From the NCBI RefSeq assembly GCF_016432865.1, contig NC_067398.1, positions 342,426,001 through 342,490,000 on the forward strand: a stretch of 64,000 nt of DNA, in the 5' to 3' direction. Numbering within the stretch: the stretch's first letter is position 1; every line of letters begins with the position of its first letter. Made by a program: the position numbers and the translations under genes. Below are positions 45,315 to 58,460 of this stretch, piece after piece. The notes under the pieces are model-generated. The model ran no database searches. It saw only the letters and a program-made list of their open reading frames with translations, and was not told the origin of the DNA. This DNA is from Antechinus flavipes (taxonomy: Eukaryota).

Positions 45315-45451
45315 TACACGTACCAAAAAAATAATAAATATTAAAAAAAAAAAAATGGTCCCGCAGGGAGGAGGCACTCTAATACAAAGACAGAAGGGCA
45401 CCAGAGAGGGCAGGTCTTGGGATCCCAGCAAGGAAAGTATTTTCCTGGGAG

Positions 45452-48400
45452 TTAGGGCGGGGCACCTGGGGACGTCTGGCCCCGAGACCTCAATGTCTCC
45501 GGGCCCAGAAGGGCCCTGCGGGTCACGGAGCAGCAGCTGCGCAGGATGTCCCCTCGCCTGGGCCGGGCAGGCACGACGGGGACAGAGACACTGGCCTCCT
45601 CCCCATTGTCGCTGCTGGAGCCCGAGTCCGAGCTGTACTTTGGGGTGACGGGCGGAGGGAGGCGCCTCTCCCGGGGCTGACTCCTGCCTGGCTCGGCTTC
45701 AGCTCCGCTGTCGGATTCTGGCTCCGGGTTGGTCCTGCCCGCGTTCAGGAGCGCCAGCCCACTAGCGTTCGCGGGGCCCGGGCAGCGACGCAGCAGCACG
45801 GCTGGTAGGAGCCCCAGGCGGCCGCGGTACCTGCGGGAGAAGGAGAGGGGAGCTCGTTTCGTCCTGCCGAGCGGGGCGGGGCGTCGCGGCGCTCCTTCCC
45901 GGGCCGCCCGGCCTGAGCCCCTACCTACCTGCATTGCCACCAGCCGCGCTCGGACACCTTCAGCACCGTCACGCGGGCTCCCGCCGGCACACACAGCTCG
46001 TCCTCCCGGCTGCTCTCATACGCTTCCGAGGTACAGAACGGCAGCCCTGCAGGGGGCGGGAAGGAGCCGTTCCTCATCTCCCACTCGGTGCTTGCCCGGG
46101 GACGCGCCGTCCTCTCGGGGGGAGACTTCTGTAAGTCCCCGAGCCGGAGGGCGTCTCCTGTTCCTCCAGAACAAGCTAGGGGTACGGACTCGGAGGATTC
46201 GGAGCTGGGAAGAGCTTTCTCTTCCACGTGGGGAAACTGACCCGGGAGTGGTTTATCTAAGGGAGCGAACGCTGAGCCCCCACGCCAGAGAGCCCTAGCC
46301 TGCCCCTCCCCCGCTCCCTCCTTCCCTCTCTCGTGGTGGGGTCGGGCATGAGGGGCACTTACCCCCGAAGGGTAGCTGGGCCGGCTCCTCGCAGCCCTTT
46401 CTTGGAGACAACTCCTGGAGGTAGGGTGCGGGAAACCAAGCCACCTGCTTGTCCTCGTTCTCCACCAGCCACCAGCCTGGGGAAAGCAGGGGAGAGATGC
46501 AGCCCCCTCAGCCAGTAAGAGGCGCTAGGTTTTGCTTGGGGTAAAAGGGAAATCCGGAGGCAGCTACTTACTGGTACGGACATGTATGCACATCACACGG
46601 GGACATACCCTTCCCATCAAATACTAATTTGCTTTACTGTCAAGGATTAAAGAACCTCTCCTGCTGCAGGGTCCTCACCTATTCCCTTATTCCTTCTCCC
46701 AGGACTCAGAATTCCTTGGGATCCCCCAGGGGTAAAAATCTATTTCCTCCAAATGTCCCTAGCCCTCCAAACTAATACTTCCGTTTCCCCAAGCTCCTGT
46801 TCTCTTCCCTCCCCCAAAAGAAAAAACCCGAACCCCTATCCCTTGATGTCTCTGTTTCCTGGGGATAAGACCCATCTCTTTAGGCTCCCCACCAACATAA
46901 AACACCCCTTCATCCACCCGTCCCAGGATCCAGGGCAGAGGCCCCATTCTTCCATCTCTCCCACGTCCTCCCCTCCCCACCCCCCCAGTCCCACAGCCCT
47001 CCCACCTGTGGGTTCTCTAAGCAAGACATCCAGCTGTTCTCCGGCTTCCGCCTGAAAGGCTCTGCCCTTGATGTCCTGAGTACTGAAGCTATCAATGCAC
47101 TGGTAAGTCTGGGCCTCCAGGGTCTGGATGTCTGGTTCTGGGGCCAGGGGCTTCTTCGGATTTTGTTCCAGCCTCTCCCAAGGCTCCCAAGGGGAGGGCA
47201 TGACCACCAGGCTTGAAGGAGAGAGCCAGGATAACCAAGGTGAGATACAGATAAGATGGGTGGGCTTGAGCCCTCCCCAATCGGAACTTTTCTGGGCCCA
47301 GTACAAGATTTTCTGTCTCCCCAGTGGAACTTTTCTCCTGTCTCAGCTCCTCCCACCGTTCTGAGCCTGGCATTTAGGCCTCCTACCTGCCTTCTCTTCA
47401 TGTCCTAGAGAAAATCAGATTCATTTCCACATCCAGACCTTTACCCAGGCTGCCGCGCCGATCTAGAGCCTTCCTGCCGTCCCTCCCCACTTTCCCTTAT
47501 TCTGACCCTATCCATTCCTCCAAAACTAGTCCAACCCCAGTCATCCCCGGCCCTTCCTTCCAGCTACCATGCCCCAGACTGTAGTATAATATGCACTGTA
47601 ATATATAAATAATAAACATCTGCAAATCCTGGAGACTCGGAGTCTGGACTTGGGGTTTCCTTAACTCCCTTAACTCCCCTTAGCAGAAGAACTCCTGATA
47701 CTAATAGAGGCCCTATGGATGTCAGAGGCAGTTGAGAACCCAGGCTTTCCAGATTTCAAAGCTAGTTCTCTACCCACTGTACCACACTGCTCCTGTTTGG
47801 CCCCGTATGGCAGAATTTGGTTGGTGGGATGTGTGTTACTAGAAAAAGCCCCACCAACTATAAAGAACAGGATTGGCTAGACACGGAATAAATAAGCAGT
47901 AGTGAATGTCCTGTTCCTGGAAGCCTTGCTAAGCAGAGGCTGTGCAATTAGAAGGGAATATAGAAGGAGTTCCTAACCCAAGACTTAGAAAACTGGACTC
48001 TTAGAACAGTAGAAGATTCATGAAGCCTTTCTGTTAAATCCTAAGAAACCTAAAAAAGCTTCAGAGCCCCAGCAGCTTTCTTCCCCCTTTCTCAGCTTCC
48101 CCTCTCCCAAGCCCCTTTTCCATGTCCTCCTTAGGAATCTGCCTAGCAGATGGTGAGCTTCCCAACTCCCAAGCCTTCACAGAGTGGGGAAAACTTAATC
48201 TGAATAGGAAAAGTGTATTTATGGAGGCTCCCAAATACCTGTTCTGGGGCAGGACAGGCTCCAGATCTCCAGGCTGGGGCTGGAAAAAGCCAATGACCAC
48301 CTCACTTTGAGAGACTGTCTCTGAGGCTCCCAGAAGTTTCTGAGAATAGGCTTCCAGCAGCTGTAACTTGGCCAGGCCCCTTCGCGTCCTTCCACTGGGG

Positions 48401-49677
48401 AAAAGTGCTGAGGTATCTGCAGGAAGAACAGCGAACTCTGAAACCCCAGTCCTACTGCCCTCAGCGTCCTTCTGAAGCTCCATTCTCCCTCACCTTAGGA
48501 CCCTACCCTAAGGTCCCAGAACCTTTCCCAGACTGGCCCAGTACTTGTATGTCTGCTCAGCCAGAGTCTGCCACCCTCCTAGCCCATCCCTTCCCCAATA
48601 GCCATCCTAACCTTGAAACTTGGGAAGGGTACGATCTGAACTCTTCAGCAACCCTGCCTCCAAGGGAAAGGTGTTCTTCAGCCTTTTCTGGAAGGATAGA
48701 TTCAGAGTTATGGTATGGCTTTAAATAAGGGAGTTAGGCAATAAAGGGGTAATATGGGCTGGGAGGGAGCCCCTAGGTTCAAGGGAGTCGTTGGGTAACC
48801 CCAAAATGTAACCTAGGAGAGGGGATTGTTCTCGAGGGCCCCAGGGGGTTATAGTGGGTCCAGTGTCTCACATGGAATTGGCGGAACTCCTCTAAGGTCC
48901 TGTAGATGAGACTGTCACTGCCATCAGACCAAAGCACGGAGAGAATGAATATCTATGGGCCAGAAAGATGAGGGTTAGGGATTTAATAGGTTTAGTACCA
49001 GTCCAGTTTTTCTTTATCTAGCTCAAGAAACATCCTTCCTGCTCTGTAACAGCGCTGGGTACAGAGGGCTGACCCCCACCCAATCCCCTCCCAAATAGCC
49101 ACATTTTCTGCTACATCCCCAAACATTCCATCTTTAGCCCAAGCCATGACGAAGAAAAGGAGAAAACAAAAACTCGGAGGCTTAGATGAAGGAAGAAAAA
49201 GAGATACAAGTCACCGAGGAGTCAAGGAGATTGTGGGGTGCTGGAGATGATGAGAAAGGAGAGTCAGTGCCGTGGGTAAAGCAGTGATGGGAGCTACAGG
49301 AGTCAGAGACAGAAAGCAGAGCGGATGATGGGAGATCCATATGGGGAAAGAAGCAGAAGAGCATGCTTGGAGAGAAAGTGGAAGAGACGGTCGGAGGAAT
49401 GCGAAAGAGGACGAATATGAGATGAATTGGAGAAGAGAGATGTGAAGGTGAAGATTTGGGGGAGACAAAAATGAAGGGAGACCAGGATGCAGAAAAGCAG
49501 GGAAATGGGGAGCCCTAGTTGGGGGGAGAGAGAGGAGAATACACAGAATAAACAGATGTGAGGGAAATGAAAACGGGCATGATAGGTAACAGAAAACCAG
49601 CCGAGTAATACCTGATGTCGTCTGCCCAGCACAAAACCCAGGCCTTGAACCGACGTTGGCTGCCGGGTGCCAGCCAT
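45452..49677 (-). CDS. NOXO1: NADPH oxidase organizer 1 (PX, tandem SH3, proline-rich region), 405 aa
   Basis: Exons 49612-49677, 48872-48952, 48612-48687, 48239-48416, 47006-47211, 46363-46476, 45929-46046, 45452-45830 = 1218 nt in frame. Translation [12 protein letters not shown]...WSDGSD...EEFRQF...FPLEAGLL...[16 protein letters not shown]...[27 protein letters not shown]...[13 protein letters not shown]...RGWW.CRY...PVVPARP...CCSVTRRAL. Confidence 0.95.
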
Positions 49678-50156
49678 CCTGCTCTGCATGGTTCCCCGGG
49701 CTCTCATCACCTTCTTAAGCAGATGGAGGGAGAGGGTGGGGCCAGATCCTGGCAGGCTGCCAGGAGATTTCTTACCTGTTTGTCTCCTCCCTACTGACCC
49801 CTCAAGGCTCATACCAGGAAGATCTGCCTGGGGCTGGAGCCCTAAATTCCCCAAGAGGTATTTCTACTTCCTCCTGACCTCTCCTGTAAGTCATCAGAGC
49901 CTCAGAGGCAGGGGACTGCTCTAAGTGGGTTCGGCAGAAGAGGCAAATTCCCTCTCCGTTTTCAGAGACCTGGACCAAGGACAGCTGTGGTAGAGTTAGA
50001 AAGAATACTGGACGATAAAGAGTTACACCATTTAAAGGTTAAAGGAGAATTAGATGTTGTCACTCACAACTATGTTTAGGGGATGAATTTTTAACCCTCT
50101 GGGGCAAAGAGAATATTACATATGATAAAAATAGACTACTGAGATGATATGAAATG

Positions 50157-50446
50157 NNNNNNNNNNNNNNNNNNNNNNNNNNNNNNNNNNNNNNNNNNNN
50201 NNNNNNNNNNNNNNNNNNNNNNNNNNNNNNNNNNNNNNNNNNNNNNNNNNNNNNNNNNNNNNNNNNNNNNNNNNNNNNNNNNNNNNNNNNNNNNNNNNNN
50301 NNNNNNNNNNNNNNNNNNNNNNNNNNNNNNNNNNNNNNNNNNNNNNNNNNNNNNNNNNNNNNNNNNNNNNNNNNNNNNNNNNNNNNNNNNNNNNNNNNNN
50401 NNNNNNNNNNNNNNNNNNNNNNNNNNNNNNNNNNNNNNNNNNNNNN
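50157..50446. other. Assembly gap (290 N), with a CT-rich low-complexity tract on its right side
   Basis: Run of N bases followed by a polypyrimidine (CT) tract at 50447-50570. Confidence 0.99.
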
Positions 50447-50736
50447 CCTCCTCCCTCTCCCTTTCTCTTTCTTTTTCTCTTTCTCTTTTCTCTGTCTTTC
50501 TGTTTCTCTCTCCCTCCCTCTTTCTCTGTCTCTGAATCCCTCTGTGTGTGTTTGTTTCTCTGTCTCAGGCCAGCTCTTCGCCATTTAGACCAAAATCCAT
50601 ATCCTGAGGAACTTAATCTTTTCTGCTTCATATGTGTATCCTGCCCTAGCCATACTTTACTTGCTACTTTCATATATCATCCCTCTTTAATTCCAGAAAT
50701 CAGAATTAAGTCTGCCATTGCTACTAGAACTTCTTG

Positions 50737-50967
50737 AGTCATTTCATTTGTATCTGATTCTCTATGATCCCATTTAGGGTTTTCTTGGCAAAGCTATTGG
50801 AATGATTGGCCATTTCTTTCTCTAGCTCTTTACAGATGAGGAAACTGAGGCAACTGAAGTTAAGTGACTTGCCCAGGGTCACACAGCTAGGAAATGTTAA
50901 GTGTCTGAGGCCAGAATCCTCTTGACTTCAGGCCCCGCACTCTTTCCACTATGCCACCTAGCTGCTC
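50737..50967 (-). mobile_element. MAR1-like SINE
   Basis: Contains ACAGATGAGGAAACTGAGGC, AAGTGACTTGCCCAGGGTCACACAGCTAG and CCACTATGCCACCTAGCTGC (reverse-strand CORE-SINE). Confidence 0.8.
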
Positions 50968-51019
50968 ATTGCTACTGGAAAGGGTGTATCAATCTCTTGC
51001 CCTATGATTTCAATACTTT

Positions 51020-54000
51020 TTTTCCATTTTAAAAAATAATATTTTATTTTTCCAGTACATGCAAAGATACTTTTCAACCTTAACCTTTGCAAAACCTTGT
51101 ATTCCAAAATTTTTATCCCTTTCCCCACCCAAGTCAGCAAAGTGCAGTTCTTCTAAACATAGTTCCATATTCATCATGTTGCACAAGAAAAATCAGATCA
51201 GATTATATGATGAGCAATTCTGATAGACGTGGCTCTTTCCAACAATGAGATGATTCAGACCAATTCCAATGATCTTGTGAAGATGAGAGCCAGCTACACC
51301 CAGAGAGAGAACTGTGGAAATTGAGGGTAGAGCATAACATAGCATTTTCACTCTTTTTGTTGTAGTTTACTTGAATTTTATTATCTTTCTCCTTTTTTTT
51401 AACTTTTTGATCTGATTTTTCTTGTGCAGCAAGAAAAAATTTTTAATGAAGCTTTTTATTTTCAAAACATATGCAAGAATAATTTTTCCATCACTGACTC
51501 TTGCAAAATTTTGTGTTCCAATTTCCCTCTCCCCCCACCCTCTCCCTTAGATGACAAGTAATCTAATATATATTAAACATGGTAAAAAATATATGTAAAT
51601 CTAGTTTAGGCGTACATATTTATACAATTATCGTGCTGCACAAGAAAAATTAGATCAAAAAGGGAGAAAAATGAGAAAGAAAATAAAGTTCAAGCAAACA
51701 ACAATAAAAGATGTGAAAATGCTACGTTGTGATCCACTCTCAGTTCCCACAGTCCTCTCTCTGGATGTAGATGGCTCTCATCATCACAACATCATTAAAA
51801 CTGGTCTGAATCATCTCATTGCTGAAGAGAGCAACATCCAACAGAATTGATCATTGTATAATCTTGCAGCAACATAATTGCATAAATATGTCTGCCTATA
51901 TTGGATTTATATATATTTTTGCCATGCTTAATATATATTGGATTGAATGCCATCTAGGGGAGCAAGTTAGAGGAAGGAAAGGAAAAATTGGAACACAAGG
52001 TTTTTTCAAGGGTCAATGTTAAAAAATTATCTTTGCATATGTTTTGAAAATAAAAAAACTTCAATAAAAATAAATTTAAAAAAGAAAAATCAGATCAAAA
52101 AGGGAAAAAACATGAGAAAGAAAAAAAGCAAGCAAACAACAGCAACAACAAAAAGATGAAAAATACTATGCTTAGATCTACATTTAGTCTCAATAGTTAT
52201 CTCTCTGAATGCTATTAGCATTTTCCATCCCAAATCTATTGAAAATCCCTTGAATCACAACATTGTTGAGAAGAGCCAAATCCATCACAATTGACTATCA
52301 TATAATCTTATGACTGTGTATAATGTCCTGGTTCTGCTCATTTCACTCAGCGATCAGTTCATGTCAGTCTTTCCAAGCTTTTCTGAAATCCGTGTGGCTC
52401 CATTACTATTCCAGCAACTTTCCCAAACCAAAATCCCACTTTTTGGCCATCATTCCCCTTCACATACTGTCTTTGCCATTATGGCAGGGATTCCCACATG
52501 GCAGGGACTATCTATCTTTGTTTTTGTATTACCAGTGCTTAGCATATAGGAGATAGGGACTGTTTCTGCGACATTACTAGTATAATGAACTCCCAGTTGG
52601 GGCAGCTCTTGTCAATGTGGGTCAGCATCTTTGAGGTTGACTAAGGTAGTGACTTAGGGAGAGATCCAATATTCACAGTAGCATTATTTGTAATAACAAA
52701 CAAGAAATAAGCCATTGGAGAATGGCTAAAAAGAACTGTGATAGATTAATGTGATTGAATATTCCATAAGGGATAATGAATGTAAGAAAAGACCTGTGGA
52801 AAAGCAGAAAAAGGTGATAGACTCCAGTGCAGATTGAGGCTTTTTTGGGATAAAGTTGATGGAGGAATTAATTTTGTTGCACTATATATGTTTTCAATAA
52901 GGGTTTTATTTTTCTTGTTTTCTCAGTGCTGGAGGGAGAACAAGAAGGAGAAAAGGCTGATTTTCTTTGAAAGCAAAAACAACAACAACAACAAACAAAC
53001 ACTTTTTAAATAAGAGAGACAGTGAAAACAGAAATATCCAAAAGAATAATATACATGATTATTACAACATGAATTAGCAATAAAATGTCAGGAAGTGTGG
53101 ATATTAATTTACAAATGATACATCATCCTTTCTTTTAAAGAATGGAAAAATACTGGAATATAAGCTTGTATTAACTTTCAGTTAGAAATCTTTTATGTTC
53201 TTTTAATTATTTAGGGAAAGGGTGTGGATCGTGCTTGAGGGAAATTCAACTGAACCCTTGCTTGGATGTTTCTATGATGGAGGCAAGCAAAGTTTGGAGT
53301 CAGAGAGCTCAATTTGGGATCAGGGAATCCAAATTCAAATTTCATTCTGTTGCTTACTACTTATATGATCTTAAAATTACAAGTTTTTCCCTCCTATTTG
53401 GTATAAAGTATTAAACAAATAATTTGTCATTTCATTTGAATAATAAATGCTTCTTGGTCATCATGGCTTTTAATTCCTTCTTCTGAAAAAAAATAGAATT
53501 GGAAAAGATGATGTATCTTCCGGTGATTCAGTTTCATACCCACAGAATCATCCTTGACTCTTCGTTCTCCATATCCAATCTATAAACAAGAATAAGCAAT
53601 TCTACCAGAGTTTCTTGAATTTTCTTCTTCCTTTTCCTCCCTCTACTCTTTTGGCCATTCTTCTAGTTTGTGCCTTCATATCCCTTCTTCTTGACTATTC
53701 CAATAATTTTTTAAATAATAGCATTTTATTTTCAAAATACATGCAAAAGTAGTTTTCAATATTCATCCTTGCAAAAACTTGTGTTGCAAAATTTTCTTTC
53801 TCCCATCTCCCCACCTTCCTCCCCTAAACAGCAAACAATGCAATATATGTTAAACACATGCAATTCTTCTGTACATATTTCCACATTTATCATGCTGTAC
53901 AAAAAAATCAAATTAAAAAGAAAAAAATGAGAAAAAATAAGCAAGCAACAACAAAAAAAGGTGAAAATTCTATGTTGTGACCCACATTTAGTGTCCACCA

Positions 54001-56480
54001 TCTTCTTTTTGGATTTGGATGGTTCTATCACAAGTTTATTGACTATCCAAGGCAGTCCCAATAAACTTTGGAGAGAAAATGCCAGCTGCAGCCAAAAAAA
54101 GAACATGGGAGATTGACTATAAATCAACACAAACTCAGTTCACTTCTTTTTTGTTTTTTTCTCTCCAATGGTTTTTCCTTTTTGTTCTGATTTTTCTCTC
54201 CCAACATGATTCATAAAGAAATGTGTATTTTTTAAAAATAAAATAAAAAAGGAAAAAAAAAGTATGTTGACTATTTCAATAACTTCCTAATCACCTCTAT
54301 TGCTTCTAGCTTTCCCAACCTCTCCAAACTATCCTTCATGGAGCTGCCAAAGTAATCTTACTAATACTTAGCTCCTCACGTGAAAATCATTCAGTGGCTC
54401 TTCAGCCTCTATGATAAAACTACAAACTCTTTAACCTTTCTCAATTTCTATACTTATGTGACATGACTGTATTTCAGATGTGCAGAGATCCAGCTAGACA
54501 GGCCCAGTTCTCCGTACTTCCTCCTGTCTGTGTGTTTTGGCATAAGCTGTTTCCCATGCTTTTTTACTTCCATTTCTTAGACTATTTATTTTCTTTCAAA
54601 GCTCAAATCAAGTTTTGATGATCTTAAAATCTTAAGCTAAGCTTTTCTTTATCTGCCTAAATTGCTAATGAGCTTTCTCAAATTATTTACAATTTACTCA
54701 TCTGTTTGTATATGTTACATTCATATGCCATTCCAGGAGAATTAAGTTCCTTAAAGGCAGAAAACAATTCTCCTTTTACTCTTATTTTAGTATTTTTAGC
54801 TTCTTGCAAATAGTAGGTACTTACTTAATAAATGGATTTTTTTCCTGTTATTTAGACAATGCATTTTTATTTCATTATTTATATTTTAGATTAGACATGA
54901 ACATTCATTTTTTTTACATATTTCCATATGAGACATGAGGAGAAAAAATCAGAACAAAAGGAAAAAACTATTAGAAAAAAAAGAAAGAGGAAAAAAAGTG
55001 AAAATAGTATGCTTCAATTTACATTTAGTCTCCATAATTCTCTCTGGGTGTGGATGGCATTTTTCATGCAAAGTTTACTGGAATTGCCTTAAATCACGGA
55101 ATTGCTAAAAAGAGCCAAGTCTATCATAGTTGATCATCACACAATCTTCTTGTTGCTGTATATAATGTTCGTGGTTCTGCTCACTTCACTCAGTATCAGT
55201 CCATGTAAATCTTTCCAGACTTTTCTAAAATCAGCCTGCTCATCTTACACAACAATATACCTTCATATACCACAATTTATTCAGCCATTCTCCAGCTGAT
55301 GGGCATCCACTCAGTTTCCTATTCTTTGCCACCACAAAAAACATTTTTGCACATGTGGGTCTCTTTCCTTCCTTTAAGATCTCTTTGAGGTATAAGCCCA
55401 GTAGAAACACTGCTGGATCAAAGGGTATGCACAGTTTGATAACTTTTTGAGGTAGTTCCAAACTGCTCTCCAGAATGGCTGGATGTGTTCATAGTTCCAC
55501 CAACAATGCATCTTGGAAGAAAGGGGTAAGATGACTAGAAAGATAGGCGGGGCCTAGGTTATGAAGAACTTTGAATGCCAAACAGAGAATTTTGTATTTG
55601 CTCCTGGAGGCAACAGGGAACCACTGGAATTTATTGAGTGAGGGATGGGAATTAAGCGGGGAGACATGGTTGAACTTGCACTTTAGGAAAACCACTGTAG
55701 CAGCTACAAGAAGGATGGATTAGAGTGGGGAAACGCTTGAGGTGGGTAGACCTACCACCAGAATACTGCCATATTCCAGATGTGATATAGTAAGGACATG
55801 CATTTAAACAGTGGCAGTGTCACAGGTGGGCATATTGGGTAGATGTTGTAAAGATAAAATTGCTAGGCCTTGGCAATTAATTGGATATGGGAAATGAAAG
55901 ATAGTGAGGAATCTGGACTGACTCCAAGATTGCAAACCTGAGACCAGGAGGATATATTGCTCTCTGAAATGATATAAGAGTTAGGGAGGATTTGGGGGAA
56001 AATAATGACTTCATTTTGGACATGTTGAGTAGTAGATATATACTGAACATCCAATTTGAGATATCTGAAAGGCAGTTGAAGCTGGAGAAAAATTGGATAT
56101 CAATAGAAAGTTTGGGGCATGTCAGGTAGATTTGAGAATAATCAGGGTAGAGAAGATAATTTAATCCATGGGAGCTGATGCAATCATCAAGTGAAGTAGT
56201 ATTGAGGACAGAACTCTGAGAAACATTTATAGTTAGAGAGTGTGACCAGAAAAGGAGACAGAGAAGGAGGGATTGAATAGGCAGGAGAGCCAGGAGAGAG
56301 AAGTGTCCTCAAAACCAGGAGAGAAGAGTATACCAAAAAGGAGAAAATGGTCAACAAACAATTGCAGAGAAATTGAGGAGAAAGAAGATTGAGAAAGGAT
56401 CATTGGGTTGGTAACTAAGAGATCATTGGCAACTTTGGAGAGAGCAGTTTCAATGGAATGATAAGGTCAGAAGCCATAGA
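51020..56480. mobile_element. Dense array of old L1 3'-end fragments (approx. 51020-52400, 53710-54250, 54860-55510) and L2-like remnants (approx. 55510-56480)
   Basis: The same L1 3' motifs recur in both orientations. ORF-track hits such as [19 protein letters not shown] are L1 ORF2 C-terminal sequence. Boundaries are approximate. Confidence 0.7.
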
Positions 56481-56820
56481 GTAAGGGGTTAAGAAAATGA
56501 GAGAAGGCATCTTGTGTAGATACCTTTTTGAAGAATTTAATTATAAAGGGCAGAAAAGATATAGGGTGATAATTCTGGGGATAGAAGGCCAAGCTGAAGT
56601 GAAATGTAGAATGGTATTGAATTATTCAAATTCTCTTCTCATTTAAATCATTTAAAATATTCTCTTAGCCTTTTGTTACTGTAGTTTTAGGTTTACTGAG
56701 TCCTTTTAAAACTTTTATTTCTCATTGTGATTTTTTTTCATGCTTAGCATTTCTTTCTGTGTAGGAATAAACTACTTATTCTATACCCAATTCATATTGT
56801 TCATTAAGAACTTCTTTTAC

Positions 56821-57650
56821 ACTGGGACACTGATACATTGTTGGTGGAATTGTGAATACTCCAGCCATTCTGGAGAGCAATTTGGAACTATGCTCAAAAA
56901 GTTATCAAACTGTGCATACCCTTTGATCCAGCAGTGTTACTCCTGGGCTTATATCCCAAAGAGATACTAAAGAAGGGAAAGGGACCTGTATGTGCCAAAA
57001 TGTTTGTGGCAGCCCTGTTTGTAGTGACAAGGAATTAGAAACTGAGTGGATGTCCATCAATTGGAGAATGGTTGCGTAAATTGTGGTATATGAATATTAT
57101 GGAATATTATTGTTCTGTAAGAAATGAGCAGCAGGATGATTTCAGAAAGTCCTGGAGAGACTTACATGAACTGATGCTGAGTGAAATGAGCAGGACCAGG
57201 AGATGGTTATATACCTCAACAACAAGACTATATGATGATCAATTCTGATGATGTGGCTCTCTTCAACAATGAGATTAACCAAATCAGTTCCAATGAATTC
57301 AGTAATGAACTGAACCAGCTACGCCCAGTGAAAGAACTCTAGGAGATGACTATGAACAATTACATAGAATTCCCAATCCCTCTATTTGTGTCCACTTACA
57401 TTTTTTATTTCCTTCACAGGCTAATTGTACATTATTTCAAAGTCCGATTCTTTTTGTTCAGCAATATAACTGTATGGACATGTATACATATATTGTATTT
57501 AATGTGTATTGGTCTACCTGCCATCTGGGGGAGGGGCTGAGAAGGAGGAGAAAAATTGGAACAGAAGATTTTGCAATTGTCAATGCTGAAAAATTACCCA
57601 TGCATATATCTTGTAAATAAAAAGCTATTAAAAAAAAAAAAAAAAAAAAA
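56821..57650 (+). mobile_element. 5'-truncated L1 (ORF2 C-terminus plus 3' UTR) with long poly(A)
   Basis: Starts ACTGGGACACTGATACATTGTTGGTGG and ends AATAAAAAGCTATT-A26. Degenerate TSD AAGAACTTCTTTTAC / AAAAACCTCTTTTAC, target TT|AAGA. Confidence 0.85.
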
Positions 57651-58460
57651 AAAAACCTCTTTTACTTCCACCCTCTTGGAAGATCTCTAGAGACTTATGA
57701 GCTGTTACCTAATTTACTAGAATTAGAAATTATCCCTGGGTGGCTGGTAATTTAATAAGCCAAAAGGAAAAAGGAGAACCCTCTGTCACCAGAAGAGGGA
57801 ATTTCCTGGGGCTAAGAGATCAATGACTAGGTGTGGTTGGGCACAGGATCAAGGGAGGAGTGCCTTGCCCAAAGGAACCCAGCCAAATGGTCTATTTTAG
57901 AGTCCCTTGAAATAGTAACACTTCCTTGTCAAAAAGGAGGAAGAAGATTGATAGAAGTTCCCAGATTACATCACATAAGGATCATAAATTACAGATAGAC
58001 TTCCTGTACTAATAGATATCACTTCTCGGAGGAATATCACCACTGATGATGAGTAGATGTTACTAGATTTATTTAATGTAACCGATGTTTGCTTTATTTC
58101 TGAACAGAGCATGTGTAATGGCTAAGGTCCAAAAGTGGAACCAAAACATCTTCCATGGAGAGCAGTTCATATGAACTCAACTGATAATAGGGAGCCAAGG
58201 AAGCATTAAACCACTGAGTCATTCATATTTGACTATTGAAACTGGATGCTTTATGATTATGATTAGAAACCAGGTTATTGTTAGCAGAAATTACTGGGAG
58301 GTTTTCTTCAAAGGCCTGGATTTATTATCAGGGCAGATTAAACAAGGAAATAGTAGAAACTATTGTCTTTATAGGTCACATTTAGCACTTCTCAAATACA
58401 TAAAAAAGACATAATCAGTGCAATCAGGTAGCTAGAATTATACACTAGAAAATCACTATC

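Noticed and set aside
45729-46298. 189-aa plus-strand ORF over NOXO1 exons 7-8
   Set aside because: Shadow ORF in a CpG-rich coding region on the opposite strand.
49750-49955. Three NF-kB-like motifs upstream of NOXO1 (GGGAGATTTC, GGGGAATTTA, GGGAATTTGCC)
   Set aside because: Each has a mismatch or insertion relative to GGGRNWYYCC; too weak to call from sequence alone.
50060-50673. Long ORFs spanning X residues
   Set aside because: Artefacts of translating through the 290-N gap.
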